Positions 39,717 through 48,510 of a stretch of 64,000 nucleotides of DNA are shown one piece after another. The DNA is from Minisyncoccota bacterium. Its GTDB lineage: Bacteria; Patescibacteriota; Minisyncoccia; Phycocordibacterales; UBA9973. Both the position numbers and the translations under genes were made by a program. Every line of letters begins with the position of its first letter. Position 1 is the stretch's first letter. The stretch lies in NCBI GenBank assembly GCA_041675085.1, contig JBAYUN010000001.1, positions 87,347-151,346 of the forward strand, read 5' to 3'. Under the pieces are notes generated by a model. That model was given only the letters and a program-made list of their open reading frames with translations, was not told the DNA's origin and ran no database searches.

Positions 39717-40538
39717 CTATTTAAAACTACAAGTCAGAACACATTGCAAGGTACAGACTTCAGCATCTTTGTCGTGCCTACAAGCGGACGCACATCCGTT
39801 CCATTCTCCTCCCCGAGCCACACACATATTCTCAGAGAAAGAATTTATCTCACAAACATTACTACTCGCATACCATACTCCAGAGTTAGCTTCACATTCA
39901 CTTTTTGTTTTGATACTTAGTTTTTGATTACTATCACCTTTATCTATTATTACATCTTTATCTGTATTTACATTTGGATTTGGATTTGTATTTGTATTTG
40001 TATTATTTTGATTATTGGCATTACTTGATTCAGTACTACTCTCAAAAGGAAATTCTAAAATAGTCTCGTATTGATATACTGACGGCTTCACATCAGGTAA
40101 AGCTTCTTCAAAAGTTTTTCTCTCTACAAAATATGAATTCTCACCCTTTGTAACTTTAAATAGATAACCTAAACCTGCACCATAACATTGAGTCATAGAA
40201 GAGTTCGGAGCTATAATTTCTTTACTATCTTCTAAAACATTACAACTCGTAGGAGTCGTAGCTATAAACTTATTTTTAACTACTCCATTTTCATACATAA
40301 CTTCTAGAAAAACATTTGTATTAGGATTACCGTCTAGATTCAAAGTCTGAGCAGACTCGTATTTCCAATTAAAAGACGTAACTTTACCGTTTTGTATATC
40401 TTCTACTACTGGCAAAGGAGTAACCACTTCATTTTTAGCATCAAAAACATAAATTTTTAATATAAAGAATAATAAACCAAAGACCAATAATACTGCTAGC
40501 ACTAAGGCTCTACCCATAAAAAAATTTCTTGGTGTCAT
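39717..40538 (-). CDS. Secreted protein with Cys-rich C-terminal module (8 Cys in the last about 60 aa)
   Basis: Signal anchor; C-terminal CEANSGVW...CEINSF...CVARGGEWNGCASACRHD...CTLQCVLTC. Confidence 0.5.
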   Translation of the reverse strand: MTPRNFFMGRALVLAVLLVFGLLFFILKIYVFDAKNEVVTPLPVVEDIQNGKVTSFNWKYESAQTLNLDGNPNTNVFLEVMYENGVVKNKFIATTPTSCNVLEDSKEIIAPNSSMTQCYGAGLGYLFKVTKGENSYFVERKTFEEALPDVKPSVYQYETILEFPFESSTESSNANNQNNTNTNTNPNPNVNTDKDVIIDKGDSNQKLSIKTKSECEANSGVWYASSNVCEINSFSENMCVARGGEWNGCASACRHDKDAEVCTLQCVLTCSFK

Positions 40539-40585
40539 AATGTTTGTATTATAACATATTTTGCTCTATATAATCTAACAATGCT

Positions 40586-40831
40586 TTAACGATGAGGACA
40601 ACCAGCAAAACAACAAGGTCTTTTCTTCCCTGTTTTCAATTCTTCTATTGCTCTCTCTAGTCGACGCTCTCGCGTCTCTGTCTTCTTTGCAGAAATGATC
40701 CAACATATCCATTCATTACGAGCAAGAATAGTAATATCTCCCCAAGCCTCTTTGGACTTAGAATCAGCATTTAAAGCTTTCTTAAAATCTATAGGTTCTG
40801 TGTGAAATTTTTCTTTTTTCAGATTTTGCAT
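40586..40831 (-). CDS. YdeI/OmdA-family small protein (DUF1905-associated C-terminal domain)
   Basis: WIISAKKTETRERRLERAIEEL pattern. Confidence 0.45.
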   Translation of the reverse strand: MQNLKKEKFHTEPIDFKKALNADSKSKEAWGDITILARNEWICWIISAKKTETRERRLERAIEELKTGKKRPCCFAGCPHR

Positions 40832-40832
40832 T

Positions 40833-41249
40833 TTATCCTTTTTGAATCAAAGACAGGGCTCCTTTATTTTTTCTAATATTCTTATAATACCATTGTATAA
40901 CTTTAGATTTTTTAACCCAACGTTTTAGATCTTTAACTTTTACTTGTGATACGTCAGTATATCTAATTTCAGAAGCCTTAAAACTCCCTTCATTTTTCAA
41001 ATCTTTTTCTTCAAATGATTGCCCACTCCAAAACAACAATCTCACACAATCTTTTAATTTGTCATAACCAACAACAGGATTGCCGTCCAAAAACCATACC
41101 GGTGCCCCGTGCCAGATTTTATTCTCGGCTTCGGGTAAAGTATTAGTTATCTCTTCTGCTAAAAGTTTGCAAATTTTCTTATCACTTAGAGCCAGGGTAG
41201 CATTAAACTTTTTAATATATGGATTTATTTTGGGAATGATTTTCTGCAT
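40833..41249 (-). CDS. DUF1801 (YdhG-like) domain protein
   Basis: KIWHGAPVWFLDGNPVVGYDKLKDCVRLLFW pattern. Confidence 0.5.
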   Translation of the reverse strand: MQKIIPKINPYIKKFNATLALSDKKICKLLAEEITNTLPEAENKIWHGAPVWFLDGNPVVGYDKLKDCVRLLFWSGQSFEEKDLKNEGSFKASEIRYTDVSQVKVKDLKRWVKKSKVIQWYYKNIRKNKGALSLIQKG

Positions 41250-41261
41250 ATATTTTCCCCA

Positions 41262-41753
41262 TTACTCTTTAGGAGGAGTATCAAATCCAGCCCAAGCGTT
41301 GCTAGTACCTATATGGTGTACTCCATTTGCTTTAATGTACAAGAAAAGTTGCATCTTGTAAGCTGTGATCCATTTCAAAGCACTCAAAAGATGCATTGAT
41401 AATTTCTCATTCATTCCAAAGAAAGACACCTCACTATTCAATTGTTCATCTGTTAAGACTGACACTTGCTCATTTACTATTTTTATTTGCTCGTCAATTT
41501 TTGAAATAAAATTCTCAAAAGTTACAAGGTCTTTTGCTTTTGCTAATTCCATATATGAATTATTCACCGGGTCAACAAAAGACAAAATAGCCGTAGCTGA
41601 AATATGCCCTAAATATTGCATTAGTTCTAAAGTAGAACGTTGTTTCTCTGAAGGGCGATACTCGAGCATTTCGGGTGTTATCTTCTCTGCTAAATGTTTA
41701 ATAATTTCTAATTCCTTAACAAAACTTTTTATATATTGTTCTTTTGTAATCAT
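41262..41753 (-). CDS. DinB/YfiT-like four-helix-bundle protein (putative)
   Basis: Helical; His-containing motifs (LGHISA, VHHIG); weak assignment. Confidence 0.3.
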   Translation of the reverse strand: MITKEQYIKSFVKELEIIKHLAEKITPEMLEYRPSEKQRSTLELMQYLGHISATAILSFVDPVNNSYMELAKAKDLVTFENFISKIDEQIKIVNEQVSVLTDEQLNSEVSFFGMNEKLSMHLLSALKWITAYKMQLFLYIKANGVHHIGTSNAWAGFDTPPKE

Positions 41754-41877
41754 GTAAATATCATAGCATAAAAATACATAAAGCTACTCTAGAAATATTC
41801 TCTGTATTGACTTTTAGGACAAACTATTCTATAAATAGAAAGAATTTTTATTTATGTACCGTATTAAAAAATAAATT

Positions 41878-42177
41878 ATGAATACATTATGTATTTCAAA
41901 AGCCGTCAAATATTGGGGCGATTTTTTCACCGAGTTAAGATCTGACAAAATCGATGGTTTTAAAAAAGATTTAATAGAGTTCCTAGAAGAAGAGCTTAAT
42001 GAAGGAAATACAGTTATCTTAACCACAGATTGGGCTCCAGAAAATATTTTAAGAAATTTCCTACAAAAAAACGATTTACCAGAAAAATATTTTCCAAAAG
42101 AAGCAGTAATGTATATAAAAACCAATGAGGTTACAGCAAGAGAATCAGGAAAAGAAGTCCTGAGGTACCCGAATTAA
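41878..42177 (+). CDS. Hypothetical protein (99 aa)
   Basis: Hydrophilic ORF followed by a strong terminator; preferred over the overlapping minus-strand ORF. Confidence 0.35.
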   Translation: MNTLCISKAVKYWGDFFTELRSDKIDGFKKDLIEFLEEELNEGNTVILTTDWAPENILRNFLQKNDLPEKYFPKEAVMYIKTNEVTARESGKEVLRYPN

Positions 42178-42197
42178 AAAACAAAATATTTGTATTA

Positions 42198-42235
42198 AAG
42201 CCTTTTCATTAATTAATGAAAAGGCTTTTTATTTT
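42198..42235. terminator. Intrinsic terminator (14-bp stem AAAGCCTTTTCATT/AATGAAAAGGCTTT plus T-run), likely bidirectional
   Basis: Read directly. Confidence 0.55.
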
Positions 42236-42265
42236 GCCAATAAATTGAATAAACATCTCTTACCG

Positions 42266-43060
42266 TTACAACCTTTTTAAAATATCTTTTTTATAATGCT
42301 TCAAATAAGCCACAAGGATAAAGCTAATAATAACCAACAAGAACCATGAAGTTATCTTAGACGTTGAGACCACGGACCATTGATGAATTTGACTCGGATA
42401 TTTCCAAGCACCGAAATACGTAGCGATATTCTCTGCGATCCAGATAAAGAAAGCGATAAGCAGAAAGGCGACGTTCATATACATAGAGCGGACTTTATTT
42501 GTCACAATAAAATTAACTTTAGTTTTAAAGAATAAAATAAACACAAAGAATATCAAAAACCAACGGGCGTCATATATATAATGATTGGTAAAGAAGTTCA
42601 AATAAATCAAAGCACATAAAATCACGCTAAGAAGATAATGTTTATAATTCACGAGTTCTAATTTCATAATCTTCCAAGACTGACTGATATAACTACCTAC
42701 CGCTGCATACATAAACCCACTATATAGAGGCACAGTACCTATTTTAAAGAATCCCTCTTCCGGATAACTCCAAGAAGCAACTCCTGGACTCGTCTTGTAG
42801 AGTTCGAGCACAAGACCGATAATGTGGAAAAGGAATATTACTTTAACCTCATCTTTAGTTTCTAATTTTGTAAAATATAAAATAGCTTGAATGACAACAG
42901 CTGAAATAAAAAGAAAATCATAACGAGCAAAATTTTCTAAAGGAATATAATTTGAAATAAAAAGTAAAATAAAAAACAAGCCCGCAAATATAGACGCTCG
43001 GGCTTGTTTGATACCAAAAATCCAAAATTCGTAAATATAATTTTTAAACTTGCTCGACAT
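42266..43060 (-). CDS. Polytopic membrane protein (DUF817-like)
   Basis: 264 aa, about 8 TM. Confidence 0.4.
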   Translation of the reverse strand: MSSKFKNYIYEFWIFGIKQARASIFAGLFFILLFISNYIPLENFARYDFLFISAVVIQAILYFTKLETKDEVKVIFLFHIIGLVLELYKTSPGVASWSYPEEGFFKIGTVPLYSGFMYAAVGSYISQSWKIMKLELVNYKHYLLSVILCALIYLNFFTNHYIYDARWFLIFFVFILFFKTKVNFIVTNKVRSMYMNVAFLLIAFFIWIAENIATYFGAWKYPSQIHQWSVVSTSKITSWFLLVIISFILVAYLKHYKKDILKRL

Positions 43061-43475
43061 ACTTTTTAAAATTCTCGAGTATTGCAGACCAGCCTGCTTT
43101 TTGAAGTTCTACGCTATTAGTTTCTTCTGGGGAGAATTCTTCTACTATTTTAGTATCACCGTTTTCTAAAGTTGAGAAAAATATATCGCATTCTCTGTTA
43201 TTTTCTTCCCCTTCAGCTTTATCCATAACATATTTAATACTTTTATATTCTTCTACTTCTGTATATGTACCAGTAAAATCAAAACTCTCACTACCGTCTT
43301 TGGCAGACATGCGAGTCAAAAATCTCCCACCCACCTTCAAGTCATTCTCAGCATGAGGGCATTCCCAAGTATCCGTAGCAAAAGCCCAACTTTTAATACT
43401 TTCTGGATCGTTCCAGTGTTTCCAAACTTTTTCAATATTTGCATGCACAATTGTTTCTATATGTATTTTTTGCAT
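43044..43475 (-). CDS. SRPBCC / AHSA1-like (activator of Hsp90 ATPase homolog) domain protein
   Basis: IETIVHANIEKVWKHWNDPESIKSW...FDFTGTYTEVEEYKSIKY pattern. Confidence 0.55.
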   Translation of the reverse strand: MQKIHIETIVHANIEKVWKHWNDPESIKSWAFATDTWECPHAENDLKVGGRFLTRMSAKDGSESFDFTGTYTEVEEYKSIKYVMDKAEGEENNRECDIFFSTLENGDTKIVEEFSPEETNSVELQKAGWSAILENFKKYVEQV

Positions 43476-43496
43476 AATTTTATTATACTACGAAAT

Positions 43497-43865
43497 TTAA
43501 GATTTTAATTTCCCAGATTCTTCTTTTAATCTATGTTTAATAATCTTGGTAATCAGCGATATTGGCAAGGGCTTATCATAAGGAAACCGGATGCAACCTT
43601 TTGAATAGCTAATCCCCTTTTTAGCCAGTTCTTCCTCAAAAGGTTTTATGCCTGACGGAGACGGATAGAATCCGAGATGCCCTTTCATAGCAGCATAATG
43701 CACAAAGTTCTTGCTATTGAGCTCTACAGTCGGCATACCATATTTTATAGATTCTACGCCTTTTGGGACAAGTTTGTTTACCAAAGTTCGCATTTCTTTT
43801 AATTTAGGCAGAAAATCTTTTGGTGTGTCTTTTATGTATTCATTTATATTTTTGTAATTTTTCAT
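43497..43865 (-). CDS. DUF1801 (YdhG/YjdC-like) protein
   Basis: INEYIKDTPKDFLPKLKEMRTLV...KYGMPTVELNSKNFVHYAAMKGHLGFYP...GCIRFPYDKPLPISLI. Confidence 0.55.
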   Translation of the reverse strand: MKNYKNINEYIKDTPKDFLPKLKEMRTLVNKLVPKGVESIKYGMPTVELNSKNFVHYAAMKGHLGFYPSPSGIKPFEEELAKKGISYSKGCIRFPYDKPLPISLITKIIKHRLKEESGKLKS

Positions 43866-43876
43866 ATGTATTTTTT

Positions 43877-44251
43877 TTAATTAATCTTAACCTTTCGTAA
43901 AATTTTCTCCATATCTCGCCCTTTTGCCAATTCGTCTACCAATTTATCCAAATACCTAACTTTTTGAGTTAAAGGATTTTTAATATCTTCAATTCGATAA
44001 CCACATATCATCCCTTTTATTAAATGTGCATTTTGATTTATTTTTGCCTTATGGAAAAATTCTTCAAAAGTAGCTTTGTTGTTTATAAATTTCTTTAGAT
44101 TAGTTTCGGTATATCCTGTGAGCCATTTGATAACCTTATGTAGCTCTTCTTTTGTTCTACCTTTCTTCTCTACCTTTATTACATAATAAGGATAAACAGA
44201 AGAAAAAGTCATCCCCGCCATACGTTCATCATGCTTTTTTAAATCTTTCAT
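43877..44251 (-). CDS. DUF2200 family protein
   Basis: MAGMTFSSVYPYYVIKVEKKGRTKEELHKVIKWLTGY matches DUF2200. Confidence 0.6.
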   Translation of the reverse strand: MKDLKKHDERMAGMTFSSVYPYYVIKVEKKGRTKEELHKVIKWLTGYTETNLKKFINNKATFEEFFHKAKINQNAHLIKGMICGYRIEDIKNPLTQKVRYLDKLVDELAKGRDMEKILRKVKIN

Positions 44252-44292
44252 AATTTTATTATATCAGATTATGTTTTATAAAATCTAGAATT

Positions 44293-44712
44293 TTATAGCT
44301 TTAAATACACTTCGAAAGCATTTGCTAAATTATCTATAATATTATAATTCTTATAGTCTTCTGGTCTAATCCAGATATACTCATCATGATCTTTACTTAA
44401 AACTATATTTTCATTCAAAGTTTCGCAAACGAAATATACACCTATCACTTGCCAGTTCTCGTCTTTAACTTTTGGTCTCCATTCCCCAACGCAAAAAGAT
44501 TGCAAAACTTGAATCTCTAAACCAGTCTCCTCATAAACTTCCCTTTTCAAACTCTCTTCCAATTTCTCTCCGGGTTTTATTCGTCCTCCTGGGACGTCAT
44601 ATTTAGCAAAATTAGTCCCATCTTCATAACTTGAAGATTCTTTCAATATCAAAATCTCTCCTTTTGTATTTTTAATAAAACCTTTACTCGCGACGAATAG
44701 TTTGTAATCCAT
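44293..44712 (-). CDS. NUDIX hydrolase
   Basis: Nudix box GGRIKPGEKLEESLKREVYEETGLEI. Confidence 0.75.
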   Translation of the reverse strand: MDYKLFVASKGFIKNTKGEILILKESSSYEDGTNFAKYDVPGGRIKPGEKLEESLKREVYEETGLEIQVLQSFCVGEWRPKVKDENWQVIGVYFVCETLNENIVLSKDHDEYIWIRPEDYKNYNIIDNLANAFEVYLKL

Positions 44713-44719
44713 GCTTTTA

Positions 44720-45238
44720 TTATATTAAATTTAAAGATTTATAATCCTTTATTAAACTTAAAGCTGTTTGTTTTTCAGTTGGGTTTTCTATATTATCTGC
44801 CCAGTTAGTTGCTTCAGTCAAATCGTCATTTGCCAAAAAATATAATAATTTTGTTATTTGATTCGAATTACGATTATCTTTATATTCAAGAGCTTTAGTT
44901 GAATACAATTTTGCTTTTTCTTTATCTTTCTTTTGAAAAAGAGCGCAACTAGTAGCGTGATGATACCAAAACCAAAGTATCGATTCTTTAGTATCTTTTT
45001 CTTCTTTTGTTAAACCAATATCTCCAACATTCTCTATCAAATTTTTAATTTTATTTATAATCAAATCAGAGTCCTCATAATCCCAAGAATAACTATCCAT
45101 CAATCTTTGATCTTCTTGAAAATACAAATCATGCAATTCTGCTGAATTTAGAACATCAAAAGTAGAATAAATAGAGTGCAAAGGACTTTCGTTTTTAGGT
45201 AAATCCCCTTCTGAATTATTTGTAAATGATTCTTTCAT
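44720..45238 (-). CDS. Hypothetical helical (TPR-like?) protein, 172 aa
   Basis: ORF with own leaderless promoter; no motif. Confidence 0.4.
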   Translation of the reverse strand: MKESFTNNSEGDLPKNESPLHSIYSTFDVLNSAELHDLYFQEDQRLMDSYSWDYEDSDLIINKIKNLIENVGDIGLTKEEKDTKESILWFWYHHATSCALFQKKDKEKAKLYSTKALEYKDNRNSNQITKLLYFLANDDLTEATNWADNIENPTEKQTALSLIKDYKSLNLI

Positions 45239-45270
45239 GCTTTTATTATACTATAAATTTAGAATTTATT

Positions 45271-45293
45271 TTAGCAAGGACGGTCCTTGCTAA
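45271..45293. repeat. 23-bp perfect palindrome TTAGCAAGGACGGTCCTTGCTAA, copy 1 of 3
   Basis: Identical copies at 45271-45293, 48381-48403 and 49258-49280. Confidence 0.7.
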
Positions 45294-45296
45294 TTA

Positions 45297-45335
45297 ACAA
45301 AACCCTTACTCGCGACGAATAGTTTGTAATCCATG
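45297..45335 (-). repeat. Duplicate (37/38 nt) of the NUDIX gene start plus upstream; forms a 14-codon remnant ORF (MDYKLFVASKGFVN) that ends inside the palindrome
   Basis: aaaacc[t/c]ttactcgcgacgaatagtttgtaatccatg present at 44677-44712 and 45297-45335. Confidence 0.65.
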
Positions 45336-45346
45336 TTTTGATTATA

Positions 45347-45742
45347 CTACAAATTCTCATCAAGGAACTTTTTTAAAGCAATCAAATCTTTCTTTTCTTT
45401 GTCATAATGATAAGAAATAATTCCTACTGATTCGGCGGATTTTGCAGCATCAGAATTGTGTTCAAAATAAATAACATCATTTTTATCAAAATTATATGTA
45501 TCAAGCAAGGTTTTAAAATAAACAGGTTCTACTTTATCAGGATTATGCTTCATTGTAAAAACAGGATAAGGCACAGAATCAAGACCAAATTTAATGATTT
45601 GCTCATCGTCAGCATTAGTTAGGATAAGTTTTGGATTTGGATATGTTTCAAGTAAATCAAATAATTCTTTATATTGAATATAATTACCTGCCTCGTTTTT
45701 TAGAATTATAGTATTCACCGCATCAATAAGTATCGTTTTCAT
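45347..45742 (-). CDS. Small HAD-like fold protein with degenerate motif I (putative)
   Basis: ILIDAVNTI (DxxxT instead of DxDxT), VIYFEHNSDAAKSAESVGI motif-IV-like; weak. Confidence 0.3.
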   Translation of the reverse strand: MKTILIDAVNTIILKNEAGNYIQYKELFDLLETYPNPKLILTNADDEQIIKFGLDSVPYPVFTMKHNPDKVEPVYFKTLLDTYNFDKNDVIYFEHNSDAAKSAESVGIISYHYDKEKKDLIALKKFLDENL

Positions 45743-45754
45743 ATTTTTATTATA

Positions 45755-46081
45755 CTACAATCTAAATTCAAAATTAATAATCTTAACTTCTGTGTCTTTA
45801 TTTACTTTATCTCCATAGAATTTCTTAAAATCCGAATACATATCTTCATCAGAATCATACCGAGCGTGCCCTACCCAGTCTTCTTCATTCAAAGTACCAA
45901 GGGTTTTAATTTTAAGAGAAATTATTTTCCCATATCCAAAAGTCTCAAGAGTTTCTTTGTTTATAAATTCAAGCTCATCCCCAAGTTTTAAATCCTTATC
46001 ATCAAAAAGCCTCCAAGTAGTAGTCTTTTCTCCTGTCAGTATTTTATCAACTAAATCTGAATTAAATTTTATGGGTTTCAT
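45755..46081 (-). CDS. ASCH (PUA-like) domain protein
   Basis: VDKILTGEKTTTWRLFDDKDLKLGDELEF resembles the ASCH core. Confidence 0.45.
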   Translation of the reverse strand: MKPIKFNSDLVDKILTGEKTTTWRLFDDKDLKLGDELEFINKETLETFGYGKIISLKIKTLGTLNEEDWVGHARYDSDEDMYSDFKKFYGDKVNKDTEVKIINFEFRL

Positions 46082-46095
46082 TATATTGCTTACAT

Positions 46096-47022
46096 TTAAT
46101 TATTGATATATTTAGGAAATACCAACTGGAACATTTCAGCCTCTTTTAACAACCATTCAAAGTAATCGCTCCATTTAGCCTCATTTTCAAAATCACCTTT
46201 TAGGGAAATCTTAATTCTACTAGCCTTCTTGTTAGGTAACTCCATCCATTCTAATTTTTCATTTAATTCACCTTCTATTTTATCTTTATTACTCAAGATA
46301 TTAGCATACAGCTCTTTATTATTTGAGATATAAATCTCTACACCAAGAAACCCGTCTCTTGAATTAAGAGTCAAAGAAAGACTACATTCACTGCTACCAA
46401 TACTTATGTTTGTCCAATGTTGAGGATAACTTTTTTGAAAACGCAATTTAGTATTATTTTGTTTTGCAAAACTTTTGAATTCATCCCAAAATTGAAGTTG
46501 TTTAATTTTAGTTTCAGTTAGCTCTAAACTTTCAGTAGTACTCTTTAAGACTTTTGCCCAATCATTGGGCTTTGAAATTATTTCAAACTTAGGAGCAAAA
46601 GGAGAATCAGCAATTTGCCAAAGTTCTATCTTTAACAAATAGAAACCAATCTCTTCATTGGTATTTTCATTAAGCCAGTCTATTGCTTTTCTATGTTCTT
46701 CTCTAACATCCTTAACTACCCATAAAATAATCCTTGCATCATAACCAGAAGCATAAGTGATAAGTTTACCTAAATGATCATGATTAGTTATCTCTAACTG
46801 ATTTTCAATAATTATTTTATGACCAGTACTTTCTTCTTCTGCCAGAATATCAACATTAAAACTCCCAACTTTTGCTTCAGTCTGAATTAATTTTATGTCA
46901 AAACCAATTTCATCACCCAAGAGATCAAGATTTTCTTCTTGTGCTAACCATTTAGTAAAGTCATTAGCTTCATGTTTCCAACCTTCACGTAATTCAATTT
47001 TTTTAAGTTTTCCTAAATTCAT
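46096..47022 (-). CDS. PD-(D/E)xK / NucS-like nuclease-fold N-terminal domain plus DUF4268-like C-terminal domain protein
   Basis: ELREGWKHEANDFTKWLA..LGDEIG..IQTEAKVGSFNVDILAEE..GHKIIIENQL (D..E.Q) pattern. Confidence 0.4.
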   Translation of the reverse strand: MNLGKLKKIELREGWKHEANDFTKWLAQEENLDLLGDEIGFDIKLIQTEAKVGSFNVDILAEEESTGHKIIIENQLEITNHDHLGKLITYASGYDARIILWVVKDVREEHRKAIDWLNENTNEEIGFYLLKIELWQIADSPFAPKFEIISKPNDWAKVLKSTTESLELTETKIKQLQFWDEFKSFAKQNNTKLRFQKSYPQHWTNISIGSSECSLSLTLNSRDGFLGVEIYISNNKELYANILSNKDKIEGELNEKLEWMELPNKKASRIKISLKGDFENEAKWSDYFEWLLKEAEMFQLVFPKYINN

Positions 47023-47310
47023 ATTAATATTTATTAATGTTTTATTAATTTACCTACATATCCCTAATAAGTTCCAATTTCTTGTCTCTACTCCATCGCT
47101 TCAACTCCGCCTCTCGTTTTCTGGATTCGTTATATGTCTCGAATTCTTCTTTGTATTTTAGGATTACTGGTCGGCGGATTTTTGTATAATGGGCACCAGA
47201 TTTTGAATTATTATGCTATACCAATCTACGTTCTAGGTTATTTGTAGACCCTACGTACAAGGTTTTGTCTTTGCATTCTAAGATATAAACAAAATACATA
47301 ATAAGTAAAA

Positions 47311-47706
47311 CTAAAAATTACCGCTCAAGTACAAACCTAAAACTGTCATAGACAGCATAAGAATAGCAGGAATACTTTTTACAAAAGAATCTCTGACTTT
47401 AATATGCATACCGATAGCTCCAAGCATAAGGATAGCTAGGATTGCCAAAGCAGGCAAACCAAACAAAGCTAAAATATTTGCACTAAATAATCCGAGAATC
47501 ATAACGAGAGATATTGCTAGTTTTAAAAAGCCAACAATATACATAAACCAAACAGGTAGACCATAAGCAGAGAATTCTTCTTGCATGTTTTTTGCTCCCG
47601 CGCCACGATATTTTGTAGCCATAGAGAATCTCAAAATCCAAACATTAATAAGTCCAAAAGCAATGATAATTTGCAAAAAAGGCAGAACGAAAATATTTAT
47701 TTCCAT
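47311..47706 (-). CDS. DoxX-like 4-TM membrane protein
   Basis: 131 aa, four TM helices. Confidence 0.45.
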   Translation of the reverse strand: MEINIFVLPFLQIIIAFGLINVWILRFSMATKYRGAGAKNMQEEFSAYGLPVWFMYIVGFLKLAISLVMILGLFSANILALFGLPALAILAILMLGAIGMHIKVRDSFVKSIPAILMLSMTVLGLYLSGNF

Positions 47707-48011
47707 ATGAAAAAAATTATTAATAATATATACAAATTATCAACTAATATACATCGCTTTGCAAGGGTTTTAAATCTATTTAAATATCTAGTGCTTATAG
47801 CTATTAGTCAAAATGCACACTAGTTGTTTGCAATATAATTCTCTACTGCATGAATATCGATTAACTGATGTGGATGTTCATCGTCAGCTAGTTCTTTTTT
47901 ATAAGCAACTAAATCACGAGGATCAATAAGTGAAATTTCAATAGCATTGATTGTTTTAGATATTGTGGGGAATTTTCTAAAATGATCTTTTGTTTGAAAC
48001 CATTCTGTCTG

Positions 48012-48332
48012 CTATTTATTACTCATTTTCAAAGTATCAATATCTGTAATATCAATATCTTGATTATTATAGTTTAAACACAAGGTATCGCAATCCCACT
48101 TTGCATTTAAATAATGTTTTGGTCCAGAAGTAATATAATCTTTAGCTTCCGAAACGATGATAGGAAAATATTCTCCAGGCAATGAAAAATCTAAATCATT
48201 TACAGGACGAGATGAGCCATATACATGCGCAGCAAACCCTCCTCCAATACGGTAAGGTATATTGTGTTTATTTAATATACCTACGATCCATTTAAGTGCA
48301 TTTATTGTTTTTTCTTCTAATTTTATTTCCAT
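48012..48332 (-). CDS. ANT(2'')-like nucleotidyltransferase, N-terminal 106 aa; an in-frame TAG is followed by a further 63 open codons (47823-48011), so this is a disrupted gene or read-through candidate. ATG start at 48332 (MEIKLEEK); ORF track used an upstream TTG.
   Basis: IPYRIGGGFAAHVYGSSRPVNDLDFSLPGE is close to the ANT(2'')-Ia core LPLWIGGGWAIDARLGRVTRKHDDIDLTFPGE; downstream frame checked codon by codon. Confidence 0.5.
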   Translation of the reverse strand: MEIKLEEKTINALKWIVGILNKHNIPYRIGGGFAAHVYGSSRPVNDLDFSLPGEYFPIIVSEAKDYITSGPKHYLNAKWDCDTLCLNYNNQDIDITDIDTLKMSNK

Positions 48333-48380
48333 AAGAATATTATAATACAATCAATTTATTTTTTTGAGTTTTAGCGAGTT

Positions 48381-48403
48381 TTAGCAAGGACGGTCCTTGC
48401 TAA
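48381..48403. repeat. 23-bp palindrome copy 2, with tandem GCTAAAACTC duplication at one end
   Basis: Read directly. Confidence 0.7.
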
Positions 48404-48434
48404 TTATTTCCATATGAAAAAAATTATTAATAAT
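48404..48434 (-). repeat. Duplicate of the DoxX-like gene start region (47697-47727), giving a 9-codon remnant (MEIISKDRPC) that runs into the palindrome
   Basis: tttccatatgaaaaaaattattaataatat present twice. Confidence 0.6.
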
Positions 48435-48510
48435 ATTTTAAGTATACCATTTCGACCGTACTTGAGCACCTTTAAAAGCAGTAAATTTAAGTTATTTTTT
48501 ATTAATCTAC

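Noticed and set aside
41829-42125. 98-aa minus-strand ORF overlapping the 41878-42177 plus ORF
   Set aside because: Hydrophobic low-complexity product; the plus ORF is hydrophilic and followed by a strong terminator
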